A DNA stretch of 64,000 nucleotides. Source: a virus. This document shows positions 1 to 10,058 of the stretch, piece by piece. The DNA lies in IMG/VR virus record IMGVR_UViG_3300005613_000011, positions 49,267 through 113,266 of that record; one strand, written 5' to 3'. The translations under genes were made by a program, and so were the position numbers. The number at the start of each line of letters is the position of its first letter. The first letter of the stretch is position 1. Below the pieces are notes generated by a model. That model had not been told where the DNA came from, made no database searches, and was given only the letters and a program-made list of their open reading frames with translations.

Positions 1-153
1 GGTGGGGTATTAGGGACTTTGAGCAACTTGACAAAGATGACATTGGATGCTCGTAACGCTATTTCGCAAGATGGTGCCATGGTTCGTGTTACTAAGTCAG
101 GATATGGTATTATTGTCATGGAAAACAACACTGGATCTAAACCTCTTTTTTAA
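1..153 (+). CDS. 3' end of an upstream gene (partial, hypothetical)
   Basis: Frame 1 is open from base 1 (GGVLGTLSNL...GSKPLF) to TAA at 151-153. Confidence 0.5.
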   Translation, partial: GGVLGTLSNLTKMTLDARNAISQDGAMVRVTKSGYGIIVMENNTGSKPLF

Positions 154-290
154 AGAGGTGAGCGGGAAATCACTGTAGATTTAGCATAAGGATGAAAGCA
201 AACGAAAATTTAGTCTCGCCTAATGCCGATAAGTTTCTAAGAAAAACAATTAAAAGGATTTAGTTAGTTAAAAAAGGAAAATTAAATTAA

Positions 291-497
291 ATGTCCATTG
301 AAAACTCACTTGAAATTTTTGCTAGGCGAAATCTTGAATCTGTTAGAAGTGAAATTAGCAGTAATGATGTTATGGATGATGTTTTGAAAATGGCAGATGG
401 TTGGAGAGAACTGGGTCTTTTTATGACTGGTGGTTGCACTAATGTTTCCGGTAATTTTGCCAAGATAGGTCAAGGAGGAAAGGTTGTAGGAAGGTAA
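291..497 (+). CDS. Small hypothetical protein
   Basis: 68-aa ORF just downstream of an AAGGA-N18-GAAAAT promoter-like motif. Confidence 0.45.
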   Translation: MSIENSLEIFARRNLESVRSEISSNDVMDDVLKMADGWRELGLFMTGGCTNVSGNFAKIGQGGKVVGR

Positions 498-498
498 T

Positions 499-615
499 GT
501 CAACTATATACTTCTTAAGTGAAGAGGCTTGTAAGAGTCTAAGTTGACCAGACCACTAACAGGAGAATAAAAGTTGTTAGTAAACGATAAGGAAGAAATT
601 AGAAACGAAAGGATG
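499..615 (+). ncRNA. Truncated IscB-type omega-RNA (HEARO-like) / IS200-IS605 end remnant
   Basis: GTCAAC(499)...GGCTTG...GTTGAC(543)CAGACCAC...GTAAACGATA layout matches the 5' part of IscB leader RNAs; no iscB ORF follows. Confidence 0.55.
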
Positions 616-656
616 ACAGCCACTCTTTTTTAAAAAGAGTTTTGTTATAAAGTAAT

Positions 657-2297
657 ATGCCTGGATTCACTCAATGGTACAATCTCGCATACTTTGATTT
701 TGGAGATGAGCTTGATACTACTATCAACGCTCAGCTAGAAGCGGATCGTTTTGTCACAATAGACAGACAGATGTATGGGTTGTACAGGATCTTTGGAGAT
801 GGAGTTATAAGCGGTTGGGAGGTATACAATAATGGTTATAGCGAGTCTAATGGCATATCTATAGGCATAACAAACGGGGTAGGCGTTATAAGATATACTG
901 CTGTAGAAACAGATGCTCCTTATTTTATCAATTCGTTAGTTCCTAATTCTGTTATTTATATATACGCTTTACCGCTATCTAGTTCGTCAAGCACTAGAGG
1001 CGTTGAATTTATAGCGAGTCTTACGGAACTGTCTGGTTTTGTTGTCAGAATAGCAACCATTATAACAGAAAATACTGGTATTAGTACTATAGATAATACC
1101 GTAAGAGACTATATTGCTTTTGAACGCAATATATTAAATGTTATTAACAACCACACTCACAGAAACAGCATCACAAAAATAAATCTATCAACTGAAACGA
1201 AAGGCGTTCTGCCTGGTTCTAAGATAGATGGTTTTGATGTTGATAAACTGGAAACAGGCAGGCTAGATTCTGAAAGAATACCTGTTTTAGACCATAACGA
1301 TCTGGAAAACGCAGGGAACCTTACCCATGCACAAATAGATAGTGTTATAGAGACTATCAGCGACAATAATCTTGGTCTTCTCGGAGAAGTGGCAACAGTT
1401 AACTTGTTGAGGCAAATTATATTTTTGCGTTACAGGTACGACAATGCCGATCAATATTTTGTAAACGAGCTTGTTATCATTCCTGGTTTTTCTACCTCTA
1501 GACATATTGATTATAATTCAAGTTCTGCTCTTATCGATGAAGATAATAGTTGTATAATAGGCTATCCTGTTGGTAGCTCGTATACTTACTTTTTTACACA
1601 AAATTTCACATTGCCTGCCAGAGCTACAAAAGCTATAATAACGAGTAATAAGTCTGTTCCTTCTGATTCATCTATCGTGTTTGGTGTCAATACCACAAAT
1701 TCCATTGATTTTGATAATTATACAACTGTTACAGAGGATTCGGTTACAGACATTCCTTTAGGGGGAACAAGCATAAGAGTAGGAATACAGTTTTGCTGGA
1801 CAGGCACTGTTCCTGATTTTAGCGATTCTGAAGATACTTTCAGTGATTTTGTTTATTTCTTCTTTGAGAATACGGCAGCAGAACAGGAGTTTCATTTCAG
1901 AGTAAGATTTTACGATTCATATGATGGCACGAATGTTAGCGGGTTGTTATTGACAGCGGAAAGCAGGACAGATCAGGAAAGGTGGTTTGTAACAGACGAA
2001 GACCAGACATTTACTGATGCTATGCCATGTTGCGGATATGAGGTTGATACAAACCAGGAAATAGTAGTGAATTATTATCCTGATTTATCAAGATTTTTAT
2101 TTAATAAGAGATATTACGTCATTGTAGACGTGTGGGACGGAGATTCCTACACGCTTGCTTCGGACGTTTCTACGTTTAGGGTAGCAGGTGGCAGTGTTGT
2201 TGATTTATGCACTAAGTATGATTATCTCCCAATAGTAAAGAATTTTGGTATTATGTTCGAGCTAGAAAACGGTCAACATGTAACGTTGAATATATAG
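657..2297 (+). CDS. Putative virion structural protein; N-terminal domain paralogous to 2301..8018
   Basis: Shared motifs with the next ORF: MP.T.Y.L..F, RF..ID.Q, GDGVI.GW.V, NHxH, LPG.K, P..DH. Confidence 0.6.
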   Translation: MPGFTQWYNLAYFDFGDELDTTINAQLEADRFVTIDRQMYGLYRIFGDGVISGWEVYNNGYSESNGISIGITNGVGVIRYTAVETDAPYFINSLVPNSVIYIYALPLSSSSSTRGVEFIASLTELSGFVVRIATIITENTGISTIDNTVRDYIAFERNILNVINNHTHRNSITKINLSTETKGVLPGSKIDGFDVDKLETGRLDSERIPVLDHNDLENAGNLTHAQIDSVIETISDNNLGLLGEVATVNLLRQIIFLRYRYDNADQYFVNELVIIPGFSTSRHIDYNSSSALIDEDNSCIIGYPVGSSYTYFFTQNFTLPARATKAIITSNKSVPSDSSIVFGVNTTNSIDFDNYTTVTEDSVTDIPLGGTSIRVGIQFCWTGTVPDFSDSEDTFSDFVYFFFENTAAEQEFHFRVRFYDSYDGTNVSGLLLTAESRTDQERWFVTDEDQTFTDAMPCCGYEVDTNQEIVVNYYPDLSRFLFNKRYYVIVDVWDGDSYTLASDVSTFRVAGGSVVDLCTKYDYLPIVKNFGIMFELENGQHVTLNI

Positions 2298-2300
2298 AAA

Positions 2301-5300
2301 GTGCCAATTAATACAAGATATTATGGTTTGACAGCATTCTCTTTGAATGATGTTTATAGTGCAAGTGCTGATCTTGTTCGTTTCAATATTATTGATAGTC
2401 AATTATCCTCTTTGTCGTCATTTGTTGGAGATGGGGTTATATATGGTTGGGATGTCAGGGATGTAAGCCCGTCAGGCAGTTTAATCATTGAAGTTACTGC
2501 TGGTATTGGCATATCTGACAGGATAGTGTACAGAACTTTTGGAGATATACGTTATACTGTTGCTGATAATACTTCTGTCTATGTTTATATGCAGAAAAAA
2601 TTCAACTATATTGGAGGGTTTAGTCCTTTCTCCAATATAGTAACAATTCAATATGAAGACAATTTTCCTCCTCCTCCCCCTTCTTCTATTACTGTTGTGG
2701 GTTGGGATTACAATTTTGTAAGCATTAGTTGGGATTCTATTCCTTCCGAAGAACCAGATTTCAGCCATTATGCTGTTTATAGGAGTACTGATAATTTTGC
2801 AACTGAAGCGCAAATAGATACGTCAACAACTAACAGTTATACTGATACTACGGTTGTTGAAAATACCATTTACAGATATAGGGTTACATCTGTTGACTTG
2901 ACAGGGAACGAGAGTAACCCTTCTCCGTCAACAGGGGATATCACTACTTTAACCAATATCATCCCGCCACTAGATCCGTATTATATTTTGGCATTTCCAG
3001 GCGATGAATTTCTTAACATAATGTGGAAGGCATCGGAATCTGTCAATACACAAAGATATGAACTTTGGATACAAGAGTTAGATGACGAATATAATCCGGT
3101 TGGTGGCGTATCTGTAGAATCGTTAAATCCTGATGTTCTTAGTTTTAAAATCGAAAATTTAGTCAATGGTGTTTTCTATCGTGTAACATTGTACACTGTT
3201 AATAGCAATAATATATATTCTTCTGGTATAAATGTTATGGAATCTCCAATATCTAATTTTGGACCAGAAGAAGTTTCGTCTATCACTTTGTCTGATGAAC
3301 AAAACGTTAAGAACCAGTATGGTATAAGGTTGAATATTGGATTTGTACCGGGAGTAGATCCTTATAACGAGTTTGTGACAGAAAGATATGTTATAACAAT
3401 AATCGAAAATGGAGTGATAACATCTGAGCATATTTATGTATATAATGAAACCTCGCTTTTTGTAGATTTATTTATTGTTAATGGTGGGTATCGTCCATTT
3501 TTATCATCTACAGATTATATAGTAAAAATAGAAGCTGAAGATGAAGAGGGACATCTCAGTAATCCCGTTGTAAACAGGATAGAAACTTCTGAATATATAA
3601 CACCTGCCGCTCCAACCGGACTTCAATCCAGTCAAAATAGTGATGGAGATTTAATCTTCTCTTGGATTAATAGCAATAGCGATTTTGATTATAACGAAGT
3701 TTCTTTGATAAGGACAAACTTATCGAACGGACAGGATGTAACTATTGAAGATAAAACTAATTATTTGAAGCAATCTACATATAGAATAGAAAGAGCAGAT
3801 TTGGCTCTAAATTCAAGGTACACAATTACATTGAGATCTATTAGCTCTACTGGTATACGCAGCGAACCTGTTAGGACTGGTTTTGATACGCTTGAATCTA
3901 TAACCGGGACAGCGGACATTCCGACAGGCTTAACAGCATTGAGAGGGAATGGATTTGTGAGGTTACAATGGGACAAAGTAACAAGTACTTTTCCTTCTCA
4001 GTATAAAATATGGAGAGCACCATATGTAACGTATGGATTATCAGCATCTGATTTTAGTTTGGTAGCTACAATCTCTTCTGATTATACCAGTTATGATGAT
4101 TACACAATTTCTACTGGTGGAAGGTATTATTATTTTGTTACAACTGTTGACGTGTATGGCAGGGAATCTTTGAATCCTATAGACGACAACTATTTCTTTT
4201 ATCCACTGGCTTTTGGTTACTACCGACCTGATGAGTCGCAATCCCAGGTTTCTGATTTGCAGGCCCAGGCCGATGAACACGATGTTATTGTCTCGTGGGC
4301 TGAGACCATTGACGAATTTGACGGTTATGAGATTTGGAGGTCTGATGGGGATGACGCATCTTGGGAAAAAGTAGGAGACGTTTCAAAAGAGTTTACAGTC
4401 TTCATAGACGAAAATGCTTTATTGGTTGGTGGCCAGTATTATTATATGGTTAGAAGATTTCGTAACGAAGGACATCTATTTGTAACAAATTCTTTTGCAG
4501 AACCTGTTAATTCTGTTTTACTTGCTATAGTTACTGCTAGAAATGGTTCTATTAGTATAAACACTTCGGTTAAAGAAAATGTTGATGTTTTTTCTACTAT
4601 GCTTGAAAATTTTATTGAGAACGAAGTTACTAATCATTCCCATGATTTGGCATCTGATCGTGATTTAAGAATAGATCTTGACAAAAACGTTACTGTTACC
4701 GATTCGGATTGGGAAACAACAGATAATATTGTTTTTACTACGACAAAAGACATCGTCGGGGCATCGGATTATGTAGTATGGCAGGCTGGGGAGATATTGT
4801 CTGTGCCATTTGAGGTAGATGCGAATGCCGGTACAATAACATTTTCAGAAGTACTAGGTTCTTCTGCTATAACGCTTGAGTGTGTTGGGCTTGATGAGAC
4901 AAATAATACATTGCCAGGAACCAAGGTTGGTTATCCTAGTGCGACGAAAGCATATTCAGGTCGTTTCCCGAAAGAACAATTGCCAGCGATAGATCACGAC
5001 GGGAGAAAAGAACAAGAATTGTTACCGTTGCAACTTCCAATGGTTACTAGTGATGGATACGGTTTCGGAATAGAAGAAAATCAAATATATGCAACAAGAA
5101 CAGCGAATCTTATTGCAGCAGATATTGGGGAAGAACAGGAGATATCTGGAGAAAGTATTGGAAGCTCAATTACATTTTATGATATTGTCGATTTGTCTGA
5201 AAATATTAGTAGTGGTTTAAAGAATTGGTTCCCTGTTTTTTGGGTTCCTAAAAAATGGGTTCCTCAACGTTGGTTCCCAGGTTCTGAAGAAGAGATTGTT

Positions 5301-8018
5301 TTTAGACTTAATGATACATCTTCTGTAGCTGCTGCTACGAGCAGGGGTTTATTGAGGTGGGGTGGTTCTGATTGGGAGGTCGCTATGGAGACGGATAGTG
5401 CTCCTCATAGAATCTATTATGCTTCCTCAATTGAAAAGTATTTTGCTTTAACAGGAACGTCTGTTTATGTCAGCAATGACGGACTCACATGGGTGCAATG
5501 TCTGGGATTTGACGGGATCTCTGTGGTTAGAGATATTACAGAGGATAGCAATAATAATGTTTTTGTTACAACGGACAGGGGTGTATATAAAACTAACGAA
5601 ACAGATCCATTTGCCGAGTATTTGTTTTGGGAACAAACATCACAAGTAGATTCTCTTACTTCCAATACTTATGCGATATGGAACGATATTACTAATAGTA
5701 GAATTGTAGTATCTGCTGAAAACGGATTATTCTCAACAGTAGATGATGGGAGTACCTGGAATGCAATTGTAGAGATAGATTCTGACGAAATGGTACAGTC
5801 GTTTCTCAGGGAAGGTGATTTAGTTTATGCTTTAACAAATAGTAGTGTTTGGAGGAAGCGTGTTACTGATGGAGAGTTTGAAGCGATAGCCTCTTTAAAT
5901 TCTGTTGCTGCCAGGAAGATATTAATATTCGAAGACAGGCTATGGATTACGACTAATGTTGGATTGTTGGTTTCTGATAGTAGCAGCAACATATATACGG
6001 ACTCAATTATTAGTTTGCAAGAGAGTATTCCAGGTATTAATTTTACACATGTGCCAGTTCCTGTTACTTCTTTAAACAGGAACAGTACATCTATAATTAT
6101 AGGCACTGATTCTAAAATATTTACCGGGACCGACACGGAGAAGGTCTCAGTCCTTTATGACGATACTTCTTCCACTATCCCGACTATATTTGTTAATTAT
6201 GAGATGTATGATATTGGTTTTACTTATTATACTGTTACCAATACTGTAAGGTTTGATCATTTTATCCCTCACGATTCTGTTGTCACTGTTGCCAATCAAT
6301 ACCAACACTACAGGGCCAGAAACAAGGGTTGGTTGGACAAGAGATATGACGCTGATTTAACTGTTTATCGGAACGGGCTTTTGTTGGCAAATGTTTCTGG
6401 AGATGATGCTCCTGCCGTTGCTTCGCTTTTGAATGTGGAATTTGAAGACTTTACCGAGATCGATTCTTATGTTAGTGGAGCTGAAGAACAGCAGGAACAG
6501 TTTAATACTGATGTCGATAATCTTGTTGCTGCTCAAGAGCAGGGAGTGACAGATCTACAGCCTTATATTTCTGACGCAGTTGATTCTTATAACAAGGTTT
6601 ATTCCAACGTTCACGGCAGGGTCAGGTTTGTTTCTGTTGAAGAGATAGATGATGAGAGTTACGTTATTTTTGAATACCAGAAAATACCTTTCGATTTTTA
6701 TCCTCAAATGTTGTCAGACTATGAAACAGTCCCTGAGATTCCCGACGTTCTCGCATCTGATGCTGATGGTGTTGTTAGTTGTAATGTGGTTAGCGGTGTT
6801 TTTAGTTTTTTGAGTTCTTACAATAAATATGATTTTTTGACGATTGACTTGAGAAATACAGCGTTTGGAGAGGACTTGGATAACAATCATCGAGAAATAG
6901 AAAACGGTTTGCAGTTGATCAACTCAGGCTTGTCTATGTCTATGGGCGAAGTCCAAGAGTCTAACTTGCTGAAAATGGGATTGTTTTTTGAAAGAGTGTG
7001 GACAGGAGATCAATGGGAAGTTGATGAATGTTTCTTGCCTATGCTTGCTACCTACAATCTCAGGTATAATCTAACTACGAATAATAGCTGGTACGATGTT
7101 TTGAATTCAACAGTTGATTATGCGGTACATGTTGACTATGACGATGTTGGTTTTGATTTTGATTATCCAACAGCCGTTTATTATGAATCTAATATTGGGA
7201 AGGTTTTGGTTGGTTGCAGGACTGGTGTTATAACAGTTGATACTACCGATTATTCGTTGGAGGTTTTGGATTTTAACGATTCCAAACAAGAATTTGTTAG
7301 AGAAATAAAAACATATGATAATATTTTGTATATTTTGACTGATGATAATTTGTATAGAAGTTCTGATCACGGTATCAATTGGTCGAGAGAGGAGTTACCT
7401 AATTTGAGTGGAAAGTTTTTACAATTTTCTAAGTTCAGGAACTTCTTTATTATTGCTACTGACAATGGTGTTTATTACAAGAGCCTGGTAGATGATTATT
7501 GGTATAGGTCTCTTGTGAATTCTGAGATAACTAAAATACACAGCGGGACGTATCTAGTCGCTATCAAGGACGGAGACAAGGTTTACTATAGTTCAAATGC
7601 TGTTGATTGGGTTTCTGGCGGTACTTTACTGGATAATGTCAGGGTAAATGCTATAGAGTCGTATAACGGCTTGTTGCTGCTTGCTACAGATCAAGGATTG
7701 AGGTATGATAATTCTACGTTTTATAGTGATGCTGCCGCTACTTCTTTAATTGATGTAGCTGTCGATTTTGATATATCGGTCGCTCTGGAGTTCAACGATG
7801 TGGCTGTAAAGTCTATTGATGGCGATCACGTTGGTGGAACTAGCGACGGTAATTATTATGTTTGGAACGGGTCTAGTTATAGCAGAACTGTTACGGACTT
7901 GGAATCTATACATAAGATAATTTATGTTAACGATGAATATTGGGCGTTTGGATATGATAGTGTTTGGATATCATCTATTAGTCATTCGATAAAAATAACA
8001 CTGGGAGTTCCTTTTTAA
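2301..8018 (+). CDS. Large putative virion/tail protein with about 6 FN3 domains and Asp-box (BNR) beta-propeller repeats
   Basis: FN3 signatures (ISWD...Y.VYRS...YTD...Y.YRVTSVD.GNES) and Asp-box-like motifs SNDGLTW, TVDDGSTW, SSDHGINW; GTG start. Confidence 0.7.
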   Translation: MPINTRYYGLTAFSLNDVYSASADLVRFNIIDSQLSSLSSFVGDGVIYGWDVRDVSPSGSLIIEVTAGIGISDRIVYRTFGDIRYTVADNTSVYVYMQKKFNYIGGFSPFSNIVTIQYEDNFPPPPPSSITVVGWDYNFVSISWDSIPSEEPDFSHYAVYRSTDNFATEAQIDTSTTNSYTDTTVVENTIYRYRVTSVDLTGNESNPSPSTGDITTLTNIIPPLDPYYILAFPGDEFLNIMWKASESVNTQRYELWIQELDDEYNPVGGVSVESLNPDVLSFKIENLVNGVFYRVTLYTVNSNNIYSSGINVMESPISNFGPEEVSSITLSDEQNVKNQYGIRLNIGFVPGVDPYNEFVTERYVITIIENGVITSEHIYVYNETSLFVDLFIVNGGYRPFLSSTDYIVKIEAEDEEGHLSNPVVNRIETSEYITPAAPTGLQSSQNSDGDLIFSWINSNSDFDYNEVSLIRTNLSNGQDVTIEDKTNYLKQSTYRIERADLALNSRYTITLRSISSTGIRSEPVRTGFDTLESITGTADIPTGLTALRGNGFVRLQWDKVTSTFPSQYKIWRAPYVTYGLSASDFSLVATISSDYTSYDDYTISTGGRYYYFVTTVDVYGRESLNPIDDNYFFYPLAFGYYRPDESQSQVSDLQAQADEHDVIVSWAETIDEFDGYEIWRSDGDDASWEKVGDVSKEFTVFIDENALLVGGQYYYMVRRFRNEGHLFVTNSFAEPVNSVLLAIVTARNGSISINTSVKENVDVFSTMLENFIENEVTNHSHDLASDRDLRIDLDKNVTVTDSDWETTDNIVFTTTKDIVGASDYVVWQAGEILSVPFEVDANAGTITFSEVLGSSAITLECVGLDETNNTLPGTKVGYPSATKAYSGRFPKEQLPAIDHDGRKEQELLPLQLPMVTSDGYGFGIEENQIYATRTANLIAADIGEEQEISGESIGSSITFYDIVDLSENISSGLKNWFPVFWVPKKWVPQRWFPGSEEEIVFRLNDTSSVAAATSRGLLRWGGSDWEVAMETDSAPHRIYYASSIEKYFALTGTSVYVSNDGLTWVQCLGFDGISVVRDITEDSNNNVFVTTDRGVYKTNETDPFAEYLFWEQTSQVDSLTSNTYAIWNDITNSRIVVSAENGLFSTVDDGSTWNAIVEIDSDEMVQSFLREGDLVYALTNSSVWRKRVTDGEFEAIASLNSVAARKILIFEDRLWITTNVGLLVSDSSSNIYTDSIISLQESIPGINFTHVPVPVTSLNRNSTSIIIGTDSKIFTGTDTEKVSVLYDDTSSTIPTIFVNYEMYDIGFTYYTVTNTVRFDHFIPHDSVVTVANQYQHYRARNKGWLDKRYDADLTVYRNGLLLANVSGDDAPAVASLLNVEFEDFTEIDSYVSGAEEQQEQFNTDVDNLVAAQEQGVTDLQPYISDAVDSYNKVYSNVHGRVRFVSVEEIDDESYVIFEYQKIPFDFYPQMLSDYETVPEIPDVLASDADGVVSCNVVSGVFSFLSSYNKYDFLTIDLRNTAFGEDLDNNHREIENGLQLINSGLSMSMGEVQESNLLKMGLFFERVWTGDQWEVDECFLPMLATYNLRYNLTTNNSWYDVLNSTVDYAVHVDYDDVGFDFDYPTAVYYESNIGKVLVGCRTGVITVDTTDYSLEVLDFNDSKQEFVREIKTYDNILYILTDDNLYRSSDHGINWSREELPNLSGKFLQFSKFRNFFIIATDNGVYYKSLVDDYWYRSLVNSEITKIHSGTYLVAIKDGDKVYYSSNAVDWVSGGTLLDNVRVNAIESYNGLLLLATDQGLRYDNSTFYSDAAATSLIDVAVDFDISVALEFNDVAVKSIDGDHVGGTSDGNYYVWNGSSYSRTVTDLESIHKIIYVNDEYWAFGYDSVWISSISHSIKITLGVPF

Positions 8019-8032
8019 GGATAAGAATATAA

Positions 8033-9025
8033 ATGGCAAGTATGTTAGTGGATGGCAAATTGTCTACTGGTACAAATTCAGGTTTAGTCAATGATGGTTG
8101 GGCTAATGCAAAACAGGGTGCAGCTGGTCTACAAACGGCAATAAACCAGGCAGATGCTGGAGACACGTTGTATCTTGTTAGAACTTTTGCTCTTACTGCT
8201 GCAATAGATATAGATATTAATCAGGGCGACGACGGTTCGCCTATTAGAGTTATTGGATACAATTATAATGAAGGTTCTCCTGTTTTAGATGGTTCAAGAG
8301 CGGTAGTTGATGCTAAAGGAACTGTTGCTAATTGTATTGTTGTTGATGGAAACAATCATTGGATTTGGGAAAATATAGAATTTAAAAATGCTACAGGTTC
8401 TAACCTTATAAACAATGCCGTGGATAATTATGCCAGAGATTGGTTTTTTATAAATTGTATTTCTCATGGTTCAGTATCTGGCGATGGTTGGGGGCCAGGG
8501 GATAGTGATTTTTATGATTGCAGATTTTTCTTTTGTAAAGCTTACGACAACGGAAATGATGGCATAAATATATATAGAGGTACTATTTTTGGTTGTACTA
8601 TTAATGATAATGGCAGATATGGGATTTATGGGAGAAAAACAGATACTACAAATTCAGTTATATATAATAATACGAGTTATGGTATATTTTCTGATCTTGG
8701 GAATAATGCTGCTTCTATAGATAATTGTGTTTTAAATAATAATGGTAATGCTGCTATTTATACGGAGGACATAGCATATGTTATTGGATGTAGGATAACG
8801 AATCATGCTGTTGGAATTTTAGGAGATGGAGGATCTACTGTTTTTAATTTTTGGAACTTTTTTAAAGATAATACGGTTAATAGTAGTAATATTACTGATA
8901 TCTATACTTTTCGTGGAGAAGATACAAGAATAACTAATGGTGTTACTGGTTATACCAATGTTAATAACGATAATTTTAATTTAATGCCTGATGCTGCTGG
9001 AAGGCGTAAAGAAATAGAGATTTAA
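8033..9025 (+). CDS. Right-handed parallel beta-helix (pectin-lyase-like) protein, probably virion-associated
   Basis: LQTAINQADAGDTLYL cap followed by repeated N/C-ladder coils (DNGNDGI, DNGRYGI, NNTSYGI, NNGNAAI). Confidence 0.7.
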   Translation: MASMLVDGKLSTGTNSGLVNDGWANAKQGAAGLQTAINQADAGDTLYLVRTFALTAAIDIDINQGDDGSPIRVIGYNYNEGSPVLDGSRAVVDAKGTVANCIVVDGNNHWIWENIEFKNATGSNLINNAVDNYARDWFFINCISHGSVSGDGWGPGDSDFYDCRFFFCKAYDNGNDGINIYRGTIFGCTINDNGRYGIYGRKTDTTNSVIYNNTSYGIFSDLGNNAASIDNCVLNNNGNAAIYTEDIAYVIGCRITNHAVGILGDGGSTVFNFWNFFKDNTVNSSNITDIYTFRGEDTRITNGVTGYTNVNNDNFNLMPDAAGRRKEIEI

Positions 9026-9987
9026 TGTCTACTTATATATATATGACATCTGGTGTACCATGTGGAGATGTTCTTCTAGAGCCTTCTTCTACTCCTGTCG
9101 TATATATCACTTCTGGGCTAATCGGTCCTGATGCTCTTCCCCTTCCGGAACTAACTAGTGTTAAATTAGCACAAGTTTTTGGGGTATATGATCAGTTTGT
9201 ACCAACTAAAGCATCTGTTTATCTTAAGCAAAAAGTGTCTGAAAGTATTCCATATATTCTTATAGATGGAGATGTGGCTGTCGATGCTCTCAACTTTTCT
9301 AATTTATTGCAAGGGACAAATAAATTATTGCCATCTACAACTTTTGCCGATTATTCTGGTCATGGCCATTTGTGTGTAGATGAGTTTGATTCTAGTGGCT
9401 CTTATGGAGTTGTTGAGTACCCTATCAAATCTGGATCTCCTGGTAATTATAATATCATGTTTCGTTGTAGGAAGGCAGGCAACCCGTTTATAATGAGAGT
9501 ATATTTTGACGGAGTATTAATCAATACTATTAATGAAAATTTAGCCGTTACTGGAGCTTGGAATTGGCTTTTCATAACTGTTAACATACCGGACACACAG
9601 ATTCATACGCTGGGATTATCTTTAAGACAAGGAAATGCTGCTCTTGATAAAATAGTTATAGCTAACGAATGGCTTACACTTGCTACGGTTAATAATTATA
9701 CCGATTCATATATTACTATACACACAAATCTTTATACTGTTGATGCAAACGATAGACCAGAATCAGAAATGTATATTTATGATTTTAAAACTACAATAGG
9801 TGAAGTTCAAACTGATGATTGGTACAGTTTTGATCTCAGTTTTTTAGATGACTCAAGAGCAGTTAATTTCGAAGATAAGCATGCTCTTGTTTTATATTCG
9901 GTTGGTTCAAATCAAAACAAATATGTGATTTGGGAAATTTCTGATTCTGATGAATACATAGATGGTCCATCTGCCATAAAAGCCTAA
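9025..9987 (+). CDS. Hypothetical virion protein with a carbohydrate-binding-module-like jelly-roll segment
   Basis: GNYNIMFR...GAWNW...HTLGLSLRQGNAALDKI pattern resembles CBM6/35-like folds. Confidence 0.45.
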   Translation: MSTYIYMTSGVPCGDVLLEPSSTPVVYITSGLIGPDALPLPELTSVKLAQVFGVYDQFVPTKASVYLKQKVSESIPYILIDGDVAVDALNFSNLLQGTNKLLPSTTFADYSGHGHLCVDEFDSSGSYGVVEYPIKSGSPGNYNIMFRCRKAGNPFIMRVYFDGVLINTINENLAVTGAWNWLFITVNIPDTQIHTLGLSLRQGNAALDKIVIANEWLTLATVNNYTDSYITIHTNLYTVDANDRPESEMYIYDFKTTIGEVQTDDWYSFDLSFLDDSRAVNFEDKHALVLYSVGSNQNKYVIWEISDSDEYIDGPSAIKA

Positions 9988-10058
9988 AGGACTAGATGTA
10001 ATAAAATCGAAAATATATACGGTATAACTGTTTTTTTGAAAAATAGGTAAGTCTATAT

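Noticed and set aside
2295-2303. TAG of ORF 657 is in frame with ORF 2301, suggesting amber readthrough or a recoded genetic code
   Set aside because: ORFs up to 2647 aa are open under code 11, TAG ends several genes cleanly, and 2301 has its own N-terminus homologous to that of 657.
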